From positions 1 to 64,000 of the forward strand of contig CAMAPH010000010.1 in NCBI GenBank assembly GCA_945859975.1: a DNA stretch of 64,000 nucleotides. The letters run 5' to 3'. The DNA is from Chthonomonas calidirosea (GTDB taxonomy: Bacteria > Armatimonadota > Fimbriimonadia > Fimbriimonadales > Fimbriimonadaceae). Positions 48,209 through 56,981 of the stretch are shown one piece after another. Under the pieces are notes generated by a model that had not been told where the DNA came from, made no database searches, and was given only the letters and a program-made list of their open reading frames with translations. Position numbers and translations under genes: made by a program. Every line of letters starts with the position of its first letter. Within the stretch, counting starts at the first letter, position 1.

Positions 48209-50986
48209 ATGGCGCGTGCTTGGTTTTTTTGCGCAGCAATTCTCGTCACCTCTGCGGCAAATGCCCAGAAGAAGATCCTTGATCATTCAGTTTACGACTC
48301 TTGGCGGGCGCTCGCGAACGTCTCCATCAGTAATGATGGCAAATGGGTCGCCTACGTCTATCGCCCCCAAGAAGGCGATGCTCTCGGCGAAATCCGAAAC
48401 GTCGCTACCGGCAAAATCATTTCGATCCCCCGCGTCTCCACTTGGCGCTTCACCGAGGACTCGAAGCACCTGGTTGCAACCCAGATTCCGGCGCTAGAGG
48501 ACACAAAGAAGGCTCGTGCCGCCAAAGCAAAGCCAGAAGACCTGCCAAAGAACAACCTCATCTGGGTGAACCTCACGGCAGAGAGCCTCAAGACCATCGA
48601 GAAAGTGACCTCCTGGTCCATGGCACCCGAAGGCTCACAGTTTCTTCTCTATCGGCCCGAACCAGCAAAAGCCGCGCCAAAGTCGGCAGATGCCCCGAAA
48701 CCCGATGCGCCAAAGGACGACAAACCCAAGAAGAAAGCTGACCACAAGGTTGGCGATTTGCACGTCCTCCTGAACCTCTCGGACGGAAAGGAGACTCAAG
48801 TAGAACGAGCGACAAGTTTTGCCTGGGACCGAGCCGGCGCGCACCTTGCCTTGGCATTCAGTGAAGCCGATGGCGCGAACGACCGGGTTGAACTCCGAGA
48901 CCTCACGTCTGGCAAAGTGACGAAAGTCACCGCGGGCCTAGGCCGATACAGCCGATTGACCCTCTCGAATACCGGCGCCCGATTGGCCTACTTCACCGAC
49001 CGCGACGACTATGCCGCCAAGAAGCCAGCGCCGTCGCTCTACGCATTCGATGCCAAATCTTCGGATTTGCGCCGCGTTCAAGCGCCAACCAACGATGCTG
49101 GATTCCAACTCTCCGAAAACGGAACCCTCAACTGGAGCGAAAGTGGCAACCGTCTCTTCTTCCCCATCGGGCCAAAACCCGTTGAAGAAAAGGAAATCCC
49201 CGAAGATGAAAAGGTCAGCCTTGATGTCTGGAACTGGAAGGACCCGCTGCTTCAGCCGATGCAACTCCTGCAGGCCACCGCGGAGAAGACGCGCACCTAC
49301 GAATGCATGCTGGACTTCACCTCGGGCAACATCCGACAGCTCGAAAACCAAAAGCTGCGGAACGTGACCGTCACCAACAAGCGCGATGGTCGCTTCGCTT
49401 ACGCCAGTGACCCGCTTCCCTACCAGTCAGAAATTTCCTGGGACGGCAGTTACGAGGACCTTTACATCATCGATCTTCAATCGGGCAAAACCAGCCAGGT
49501 AGCAACGAAGGTTCGATCCTCGGTCGCGGCAAGTCCAACCGGCAACAACTTCGCGATGTTCGACGAAGTTTCCCAGCGACTCCTGCACCTGAACCCGGCA
49601 ACGCTAAACCTTACGGACCTCACGCCGAAGGTACCAACCAAGCTGTTTGACCTCGACGACGATCATCCAGATCTCAAACCTCCGTTTGGCGGAATCCTCT
49701 GGAGCAAGAACGAGAGCGAGGTCATCGTCCGAGACAAGTTCGACTATTGGCAGGTGAGCACTTCCGGTACCACCACGGCCAAGAACGTCACAAACGGCGC
49801 CCCGATTCAGAGCCGGTACACCCGAACCATCAGCAACCCCGACTTTCCTACCGTCTTCAAACTTGAAGACGAGGTCTTCGCCGGGTTTGACGACCGAACC
49901 AAGGCCTCCGGCTTCTACCGCCTGAAGGATGGCCGCATCCAAAGCATCATCGCCGGACCGAAGTCCTTCGCTGGACTCCAAAAGGCCAAGGACGCCGACA
50001 CCGTTACCTACACTCAGGGAGACGCGCAGGAGTACCCCGACCTCTGGCTAACAAACATTGCCTTTGCGGATGCTAAGAAAATCACCGCGACGAATCCTCA
50101 GCAGAAGGACTACAACTGGTACACGTCCGAGCTCGTTTCCTGGCGCAGCGGCGATGGTGAGCAACTCAGCGGCCTGTTGATCAAGCCGGAAAACTTCGAC
50201 TACACGAAGAAGTATCCGATGATCGCCTACTTCTATGAGCGTGACAGCGATGGACTGTACTTGCACCGAACCCCGGCGCCAAGCGCTTCCACCGTCAACG
50301 TCCCCCTCTTTGCCAGCCAAGGCTACGTCATCTTCATTCCAGACATCCCCTACAAGATCGGATACCCGGGCGAAAGCGCCGTCTCCGCGATTGTAAGCGG
50401 TTGCAATAGCATCATCGAACGGGGCTACATCGATCCGAAACGGGTTGGCATTCAGGGCCAAAGCTGGGGCGGCTACCAGGTGGCCTATCTGGTTACGGAA
50501 ACCAATATGTTCGCATGCGCCGAAGCTGGTGCCCCAGTCTCGAACATGTTCTCCGCCTACGGAGGAATCCGCTACGGCTCCGGAATGGTCCGCCAGTTCC
50601 AATATGAGCGCGGCCAAAGCCGAATCGGCGGAACGCCGTGGAACGCGACTCTACGTTACATCGAGAACTCACCCTTGTTCCACCTCGACAAGGTCCAAAC
50701 CCCGCTCATGATCATGCACAACGATCGTGACGGAGCGGTGCCGTACACCCAAGGCATTGAGCTCTTCGTCGGGTTGCGACGACTACAGAAGCCAACCTGG
50801 ATGGTGGTCTACAACGGCGAGGATCACAACCTGGTGCAGCGAAAGAACCGAAAGGATCTGTCGATCCGCTTGAGTCAGTTCTTTGACCACTTCCTGAAGG
50901 GAGCTCCAATGCCGGAATGGATGGCCAACGGACTGCCTGCGAAAGACAAGGGCCAAAAGATGGGCACCGAGCTCGTCAAGAACTAG
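48209..50986 (+). CDS. Secreted S9 (prolyl oligopeptidase/DPP-like) peptidase
   Basis: GIQGQSWGGYQ, HNDRDGAVP, GEDH triad; N-terminal propeller. Confidence 0.92.
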   Translation: MARAWFFCAAILVTSAANAQKKILDHSVYDSWRALANVSISNDGKWVAYVYRPQEGDALGEIRNVATGKIISIPRVSTWRFTEDSKHLVATQIPALEDTKKARAAKAKPEDLPKNNLIWVNLTAESLKTIEKVTSWSMAPEGSQFLLYRPEPAKAAPKSADAPKPDAPKDDKPKKKADHKVGDLHVLLNLSDGKETQVERATSFAWDRAGAHLALAFSEADGANDRVELRDLTSGKVTKVTAGLGRYSRLTLSNTGARLAYFTDRDDYAAKKPAPSLYAFDAKSSDLRRVQAPTNDAGFQLSENGTLNWSESGNRLFFPIGPKPVEEKEIPEDEKVSLDVWNWKDPLLQPMQLLQATAEKTRTYECMLDFTSGNIRQLENQKLRNVTVTNKRDGRFAYASDPLPYQSEISWDGSYEDLYIIDLQSGKTSQVATKVRSSVAASPTGNNFAMFDEVSQRLLHLNPATLNLTDLTPKVPTKLFDLDDDHPDLKPPFGGILWSKNESEVIVRDKFDYWQVSTSGTTTAKNVTNGAPIQSRYTRTISNPDFPTVFKLEDEVFAGFDDRTKASGFYRLKDGRIQSIIAGPKSFAGLQKAKDADTVTYTQGDAQEYPDLWLTNIAFADAKKITATNPQQKDYNWYTSELVSWRSGDGEQLSGLLIKPENFDYTKKYPMIAYFYERDSDGLYLHRTPAPSASTVNVPLFASQGYVIFIPDIPYKIGYPGESAVSAIVSGCNSIIERGYIDPKRVGIQGQSWGGYQVAYLVTETNMFACAEAGAPVSNMFSAYGGIRYGSGMVRQFQYERGQSRIGGTPWNATLRYIENSPLFHLDKVQTPLMIMHNDRDGAVPYTQGIELFVGLRRLQKPTWMVVYNGEDHNLVQRKNRKDLSIRLSQFFDHFLKGAPMPEWMANGLPAKDKGQKMGTELVKN

Positions 50987-50998
50987 CCAGGTAAACGA

Positions 50999-51036
50999 AA
51001 GAAAGGCGGGGCAAGAATTCTTGCCCCGCCTTTCTT
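50999..51036. terminator. Bidirectional terminator (38-bp perfect palindrome)
   Basis: aagaaaggcggggcaagaattcttgccccgcctttctt between convergent genes. Confidence 0.8.
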
Positions 51037-51046
51037 GTGTCCAAAT

Positions 51047-51373
51047 TTATGCGCCGGCCAGGACGCGCTCGATAGATGCAGCGTACTTTCGCCAGAGGGC
51101 AATCTTCCGCTCAAGCTCGCCCAAACCGAGATCGAGAATGTCGTAAACGCGCTTCTGGCGCTCTCCGGGAGCACCTTCCCAGTGGCTCTTAATATAGCCA
51201 CGGTTCTCAAGCTCGTGAAGCAATGGGTAAAGCGTCCCATCGTTGAAGGTGAGATGGTTTTCGCTACGGCGCTCCACCTCGCGGGCAATTTCATAGCCGT
51301 GACGGGATCCATCCCGAAGAACAGCGAGAATCAAAGTGAGCGCATCCGAGCGACCAAGAGACTTTTCAGGCAT
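51047..51373 (-). CDS. PadR family transcriptional regulator
   Basis: HGYEI, GTLYPLLHELE..GYI...W, RQKRVY. Confidence 0.92.
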   Translation of the reverse strand: MPEKSLGRSDALTLILAVLRDGSRHGYEIAREVERRSENHLTFNDGTLYPLLHELENRGYIKSHWEGAPGERQKRVYDILDLGLGELERKIALWRKYAASIERVLAGA

Positions 51374-51459
51374 TGAGTGCTATTTATAGCCCGATTCGAA
51401 AAAATATGCGAACGTTTTGGGGGCGAAAACCCGTCATTTCGCCCCTTTTTGTTGAGAAT

Positions 51460-52455
51460 TTAACTGATCTTGCGTACTGCAGCTACAACATCGTGCTCAT
51501 CCGGGATGCATTGAAGCTCCAGGACACGTGCATAAGGCATCGGAACGTTCAATCCACCGACGCGCACAACTGGCGCGTCGAGGTGGTCAAAGCAGTCCTC
51601 GGAGATTCGAGCCGCGATTTCCGCGCCGAATCCGCCACTTCGCCAGTCTTCGTAAACCATGACTGCACGGTGGGTTTTTCGCACCGATGCATAGATGGTT
51701 TCCGTGTCGAGAGGTAGCAGCGAGCGAACGTCAACGACTTCGGCGCTGATGCCATCTTTCTCGAGCAGCTCTGCTGCCGCAAGGTTGATGTGCGTCATTC
51801 GCGAATAGCCAACGAGCGAGATGTCTGTACCTTCTCGCAGAATCTGCGCCTTACCGATCGGAACCGTGAAGTCCGGATCCTCCGGAAGCTCGCCCTTCAT
51901 GGCGTAAAGACCTGGGTTCTCGTAAACGATGACCGGGTTGTCATCTCGAACCGCGGTTCGAAGAATGCCGTACACGTCGGCGACGGTCGAAGGTGCAACC
52001 ACCTTCAAGCCTGGACAGTGGGCGTACCACCCTTCCATGCTGTGGCTGTGCTGAGCCGAAAGCTGCTTCGCTGCGCCACCGGGGCCGCGGAAAACGATCG
52101 GGCACTTCACTTCACCGTTGGTCATGTAGTGGACCTTCGCGGTGTGGTTGATGATCTGGTCCATTGCAAGAATGGAGAAGCTCATCGTCATGAATTCAAC
52201 GATCGGTCGAAGACCGGCCATTGCCGCACCGGTTGCGATTCCTGCAAAGCCGGCTTCGGTGATCGGGGTGTCAAGGATTCGGAGGTTGTATCGGTTCTGA
52301 CGGTCGCCGAACTTCTCAACCATTCCACGGGTGACCTTAAAGGTGCCCTGGTATCGGCCGATGTCTTCGCCCATGATCAGGACATTCTCGTCCCGCTCCA
52401 TTTCGTCAACGATCGCCTTCTGGAGGGCGTCGCGGTAGGTCATTTCCAATCCCAT
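51460..52455 (-). CDS. pdhB: Pyruvate dehydrogenase E1 beta subunit
   Basis: GEDIG, DTPITEAGFAG, GLRPIVEFM, SAQHSHS, PMPYA. Confidence 0.9.
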   Translation of the reverse strand: MGLEMTYRDALQKAIVDEMERDENVLIMGEDIGRYQGTFKVTRGMVEKFGDRQNRYNLRILDTPITEAGFAGIATGAAMAGLRPIVEFMTMSFSILAMDQIINHTAKVHYMTNGEVKCPIVFRGPGGAAKQLSAQHSHSMEGWYAHCPGLKVVAPSTVADVYGILRTAVRDDNPVIVYENPGLYAMKGELPEDPDFTVPIGKAQILREGTDISLVGYSRMTHINLAAAELLEKDGISAEVVDVRSLLPLDTETIYASVRKTHRAVMVYEDWRSGGFGAEIAARISEDCFDHLDAPVVRVGGLNVPMPYARVLELQCIPDEHDVVAAVRKIS

Positions 52456-53471
52456 TAGTGTCCTTGCTCCGGTGTCATGTCGGTGTAAATGTTGTCGTAG
52501 ACTTCGCTTGGGTCTGGGAATGGGCTTTCTTCGGCTTTGGCCATGACCTGTGCCGCTTCTTCTTCAACTTCCAGTTCCATCGCTTCCAGAGCTTCCTCGC
52601 TCATGATGTTTTGCTCGATCAGCTGAGCTCGGAGGCGTGCGATCGGGTCTCGCTGCATAGCCTGAGCTTCCTCTTCCTTGGTTCGATAAAGCTGTCGATC
52701 TTGGTCTGCCGCGCCGTGACCGGAATAGCGATAGGTCATGACTTCAACAAAGTACGGTCGCTGGTTCTCGCGAACCCAATCCACGATTCGCTGAGCATCT
52801 TTCCGCATTTGCACGACATCCATGCCGTCAATGCGCTCGCTTTGAATGTTGAATGGAAGTCCGCGCTTCCAGAGTTCCTTGTCGGCCGCGTGGTACTCAA
52901 GTCGAGTGCCCATCGCGAACTCGTTGTTCTCGATAATGAAGATGCAAGGCAGGTCCCACAGAGAAGCCATGTTCAGCGTCTCAAACACGACGCCTTGGTT
53001 CGAAGCGCCATCACCCATGAAGTTGAGGGTAACGCGATCTTCGTTTCGGTAGCGAGAAGCAAAAGCCAATCCTGCTCCGAGCGGGATGTGACCGCCTACG
53101 ATTCCCCAGCCGCCAAAGAAGCCGTTCTTGGGGTCGTAAATGTGCATCGAGCCGCCTTTACCGCCAGCAGTACCGCCCTTTCGGCCAATGATCTCTGCCA
53201 TAACGGCGACTGGATCCGTGCCTAGCACAATAGCGTGTGCGTGGTCTCGGTACGCGGTGATGACGTAGTCGTAACCCTTGCGAATGGAGTTCAACCAGCC
53301 CGTGGCCAGCGCTTCCATGCCGATGTATGTGTGCATATAGCCACCCGCAAGACCCTTGCGGTAAGCCGTGTTGCAATGCTCTTCAAATCTTCGAACGAAG
53401 AGCATTTCCCGATAATAAGCCTTGAGATCGGCAGGTGAGAGCGTCAGTGATTCTTCGGCAATGTTCGCCAC
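52455..53471 (-). CDS. pdhA: Pyruvate dehydrogenase E1 alpha subunit
   Basis: TAYRDH, GKGGSMH, GDGA...ENN ThDP motif, TYRYSGH; AAGGAG Shine-Dalgarno. Confidence 0.92.
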   Translation of the reverse strand: MANIAEESLTLSPADLKAYYREMLFVRRFEEHCNTAYRKGLAGGYMHTYIGMEALATGWLNSIRKGYDYVITAYRDHAHAIVLGTDPVAVMAEIIGRKGGTAGGKGGSMHIYDPKNGFFGGWGIVGGHIPLGAGLAFASRYRNEDRVTLNFMGDGASNQGVVFETLNMASLWDLPCIFIIENNEFAMGTRLEYHAADKELWKRGLPFNIQSERIDGMDVVQMRKDAQRIVDWVRENQRPYFVEVMTYRYSGHGAADQDRQLYRTKEEEAQAMQRDPIARLRAQLIEQNIMSEEALEAMELEVEEEAAQVMAKAEESPFPDPSEVYDNIYTDMTPEQGH

Positions 53472-53634
53472 GCGTGAACTCCTTCAGTGGGACGCACGCA
53501 CTCCAAACGGAGACGCCGCCAACGTCTATGTATACCGGATGGAGGAGCTAGGAGACGGCATTCAGGTTCAAAATCCTCCTCGCGTTCTAGGCATTGCTAC
53601 CCTCAGAAATGTCATTCCATGGAAAACTGTTGTG

Positions 53635-54525
53635 ATGAGTAACAACTGGGGACTCGACCTCGGCGGGACGAAAATCGCTGGAACCGTTTTGCGAGACGGA
53701 GATGTAGGCAGCGCAATCAAGCGACGCGTACCCACGTTGCGTGACCAAGGCTACGACCAGATTGTTGCCCAGGTCGGGTCGCTCCTCTCAGAACTAGAAC
53801 AAGCAAGCGGCGAAACTCGTCCAGCGCGCATCGGAATCGGTACCCCCGGCACGACAGACCCAGCTACCGGGCTTCTGAAGAATTCGAACACTACTGTTCT
53901 CAATGGTCGACCGTTCATCGCCGATCTCTCCGCGGCTCACGGTGTCGAGTTCGTTGCCGCGAACGATGCCAACTGCTTCGCCCTCGCCGAGGCCGCTCTC
54001 GGTGCCGCTAGAGGGTACGAGACGGTCTTTGGGATCATCCTTGGCACGGGCGTTGGAGGAGGGTTGGTCGTTAACGGTCGCGTCCTCAACGGGGCACATG
54101 GGATCGCGGGTGAGTGGGGGCACAATCCGCTAGAGTCAGGCGGGTATCACGGTTACTCCGGCCATCGAGGGGTCGTGGAATCGGTCCTCAGCGGCCCGGC
54201 TCTGGAGCGGTTCTACTATGATTGTCGCGGCGAAAAGGCTAGCCTTGCTGAGATTGCCCAACGTGCGAAGGAGAGTGATCTCGCCGCAATTCAAACTCTA
54301 CGACGACTAGTTGAATTCTTTGGAATCGCGGTTGCGAACATCGTCAACGTATTCGATCCGCACGCTATCGTCATTGGAGGCGGCGTCGGAAACTTAGATG
54401 TTTTGTATTCAAATGGCCCCAAAGAGGTTGCCAAGCACGTCTTCAACCCAGGTTTTTCAACCCCAATTCTTCGGCCCGCCCTTGGCGACGACGCGGGAGT
54501 CTTCGGCGCTGCAATGTTGGTTTGA
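53635..54525 (+). CDS. ROK family sugar kinase (fructokinase/Mak-like)
   Basis: GLDLGGTKI, NDANCFALAEA, GTGVGGG, AGEWGH, GDDAGVFGAA; start ATG 53635. Confidence 0.9.
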   Translation: MSNNWGLDLGGTKIAGTVLRDGDVGSAIKRRVPTLRDQGYDQIVAQVGSLLSELEQASGETRPARIGIGTPGTTDPATGLLKNSNTTVLNGRPFIADLSAAHGVEFVAANDANCFALAEAALGAARGYETVFGIILGTGVGGGLVVNGRVLNGAHGIAGEWGHNPLESGGYHGYSGHRGVVESVLSGPALERFYYDCRGEKASLAEIAQRAKESDLAAIQTLRRLVEFFGIAVANIVNVFDPHAIVIGGGVGNLDVLYSNGPKEVAKHVFNPGFSTPILRPALGDDAGVFGAAMLV

Positions 54526-54540
54526 CATTCAGAGGAGCTG

Positions 54541-54576
54541 ACTACCGACCCCGAGCCATGGCTCGAGATCGGTAGT
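54541..54576. terminator. Hairpin between convergent ROK and choice-of-anchor genes
   Basis: actaccga...cgagcc/ggctcg...tcggtagt imperfect stem. Confidence 0.55.
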
Positions 54577-54584
54577 TTAAACGC

Positions 54585-55190
54585 TTACGGATTGGTGTAA
54601 ACGTAAGTGATAACGAACGAAGTAAGTCCGCTACCGTTCGCTTCAAGGTCTGGCCAGGTTCGCGACGGCGTTCGGTACCAACGGAATTCCACCTGGGCGC
54701 CAGCATTTGCAATCAGGGTCACGTTCCCTGGGCCGGTGAGGGCGGTAAGGAGCGGTGCATCCGCCAAAGTAGCTGCCCCAGCTTGGGTTGCAGAAAATGC
54801 AATCGTTCCGCCGGAAGTGCCCGCCCAGTCGAAAGTGCCGTCGTATGCGGAGAGCGAGACTTCGCGTCCCTTCGTCGTGGCTCCGATAAACAGGAGGTAG
54901 TAAGAGTTACCGCCGCCTAGATCTAGAGCCAAGTTTGCGCCTGGTCGGAAACTAGCTCGTCCAATTCCTGGCTCGGTCGTGCGATTCTCGTATCGGAGAT
55001 TAGCCGCGACCCGATAATAGCCTCGAACTCGAACCTCGCGAAGAACGGTACCCGGTCGGTTGAATCGCGGAACTTGCGCTGTTTGAACCGTTCCGTCGAT
55101 GTTCAAGTTCACGTTAACGTAGTAAGAATCCTGTTGCGCAGACGCAGCGGAAACCAAAACAAATGTACCAAGAGCGAGTAAAGCACGCAT
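54585..55190 (-). CDS. Secreted choice-of-anchor E-like domain protein, paralog A
   Basis: Signal peptide; FNRPGTVL.EV, ENR, YDGTFDWAGTSG, ITYVY. Confidence 0.65.
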   Translation of the reverse strand: MRALLALGTFVLVSAASAQQDSYYVNVNLNIDGTVQTAQVPRFNRPGTVLREVRVRGYYRVAANLRYENRTTEPGIGRASFRPGANLALDLGGGNSYYLLFIGATTKGREVSLSAYDGTFDWAGTSGGTIAFSATQAGAATLADAPLLTALTGPGNVTLIANAGAQVEFRWYRTPSRTWPDLEANGSGLTSFVITYVYTNP

Positions 55191-55322
55191 CCTCCCAGCC
55201 TACGACATTAAGCGATTTTTTGCAATACCAATCAAGTTTGCTAAATTTGACGCCGCAAGATAAATCGCCTTTGGGCATAAGAAACGTCCCGCCCAAATCA
55301 ACTTGTCTTTACCTTGAATTGC

Positions 55323-55928
55323 TCAAGGCTCGAGATAGACATAGGTTACGTGAAGCACAAAGCTCCCAGAACCCGAGCTTGCGAGACTCAAGCTACTCGG
55401 CGACGTGCCCGTGAGCCGATGGTTAAGCCGCCCGAAAAGTAGCACGAAGTCCGAATTCAGAACGGCATCCAAAAACACTGGATCAGTGATTGTGCCTGAA
55501 CCGCCGTTGGACATGGAGTAGGTGGAGATGTTTGCCGAGGGACCTTTATAGTCAAGTCCTCCATCGAAGCTGCCAAGAACGAGTTCACGCCCCTTGCTCT
55601 GCCCTTCCGCAACGGCTACGATCTGATTAAAACCCGCAAAACTTCCAAACACTTCAGCACGCGTCGCAATTGGCGTTCGAGTGTATAGCGGCGTAGAACC
55701 AAAGTTCTCCGCCGACACTTCGATGGAACTGTAGAAGAACAGCCGAACGCGCACCTCAGTCAGTGTTGTGCCCGGACGATTGAATCCAGGAAAGCTGAGG
55801 CCCTGCGCACTAACACTATGGTTCCACGGAATGGTGACCCGATGGCTCACGGTCTTCTCTTGACCAAAAGCCATCGGAGTGCTGAGAGCGGTAAGGAACA
55901 GACCGATAGTCGCGCAATTCAGTTTCAT
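55323..55928 (-). CDS. Secreted choice-of-anchor E-like domain protein, paralog B
   Basis: Signal peptide; FNRPGTTL.EV, ENF, FDGGLDYKGPS, VTYVY. Confidence 0.65.
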   Translation of the reverse strand: MKLNCATIGLFLTALSTPMAFGQEKTVSHRVTIPWNHSVSAQGLSFPGFNRPGTTLTEVRVRLFFYSSIEVSAENFGSTPLYTRTPIATRAEVFGSFAGFNQIVAVAEGQSKGRELVLGSFDGGLDYKGPSANISTYSMSNGGSGTITDPVFLDAVLNSDFVLLFGRLNHRLTGTSPSSLSLASSGSGSFVLHVTYVYLEP

Positions 55929-55970
55929 TTTGCTTCCTGGCGGACGCCTAATCGGTTTTATACCCAGCCG

Positions 55971-56828
55971 TCAGCAGGAGCTGTTATGTCGATCTTCGCC
56001 GAAGATTGCAAACCTCTCTTCGGTCGAAATTCGGGGGGTTCCCTTCTTAACGTAGTGAAACTGAAGCGCCCAGCGGCGTCTATCCGAACGGTTGCTCGGC
56101 GTACCGTGTGGCGTCAGTCCATCAAATATCAGCGCACCCCCGGCTGGCAAAGGTGCCGCGACCGCTGCGTCTCGTTCCAGAACTTCGGAGTCACAAATCT
56201 GCCAATCTCGCCGATTGAAGTGGGCGATCGGTCCGGCCTTATGTCCGCCAAGCAGAAAGTGCATGCAGCCATTTTCAGGAACCGCCTCATCCAAAGCTAT
56301 CCAAAGACCTACTACTGGCGTGCCTTCGGGGAGGTTGAAGTAAGCGTGATCCTGGTGCCAAGGCTTCTCTCGGCCGATTCCGGCTGGCTTCAATAGCGCC
56401 ATGTCCTGAAACATCTCTGGCTCACCGCCAAGCATCTCGCTGATGATCGCGATCAGATCGGGCCGGTTCATGATCGCCTGAATCCGCTCATCGCAATGGG
56501 CGAAGATCATGAACTTACGAAGGTAGTTCAGCCGCTCTTCGGCCGGCATGTCATCGACGAGCCCTTTCGCTGCGTTCTCAAACTGTAATTGAACATCACT
56601 CGGCAAATCGGTTCGCACGACCAGCGACCGGAACGCGTCGCAGATCGATTCGATTTCGGCCGGCGAAAGTACGTTCGCAAAGCTAATCACGCCGAGCTCA
56701 TCATATTGCTCCCGAAGCGCCGGGCCGTACTCGCTCAGCGAACTCACAGGTTCAAGCGAAGTTTGAACGTTGTACAGATCTTCCGAGTACGGCTGATCTT
56801 CGAGCTGATCAAAAGGAATAGTCGCCAT
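55971..56828 (-). CDS. Phytanoyl-CoA dioxygenase (PhyH) family 2OG-Fe(II) oxygenase
   Basis: KPWHQD, WIALD, ENGCM, PHG..N.SDRRR. Confidence 0.9.
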   Translation of the reverse strand: MATIPFDQLEDQPYSEDLYNVQTSLEPVSSLSEYGPALREQYDELGVISFANVLSPAEIESICDAFRSLVVRTDLPSDVQLQFENAAKGLVDDMPAEERLNYLRKFMIFAHCDERIQAIMNRPDLIAIISEMLGGEPEMFQDMALLKPAGIGREKPWHQDHAYFNLPEGTPVVGLWIALDEAVPENGCMHFLLGGHKAGPIAHFNRRDWQICDSEVLERDAAVAAPLPAGGALIFDGLTPHGTPSNRSDRRRWALQFHYVKKGTPRISTEERFAIFGEDRHNSSC

Positions 56829-56920
56829 TGGTTCTCCTGATTCTTAATATACCGATAAATCACGATGCTGCATCAAGGGTGTCCCGACGGGGGCCAGTTA
56901 AACTTCTATAATCTCAACGC

Positions 56921-56959
56921 AAAAGAAAGCCCCCTGTCTAGCGAGACAAGAGGCTTTCT
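56921..56959 (-). terminator. Intrinsic terminator after the NHL lipoprotein gene
   Basis: Minus strand agaaagcctcttgtct-cgct-agacagggggctttct followed by a T-run. Confidence 0.65.
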
Positions 56960-56981
56960 GATCTGCTCGAATCGAGCTTGT

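Noticed and set aside
51374..51392. CIRCE half-site GAGTGCTA upstream of padR
   Set aside because: No partner TTAGCACTC arm at N9 spacing
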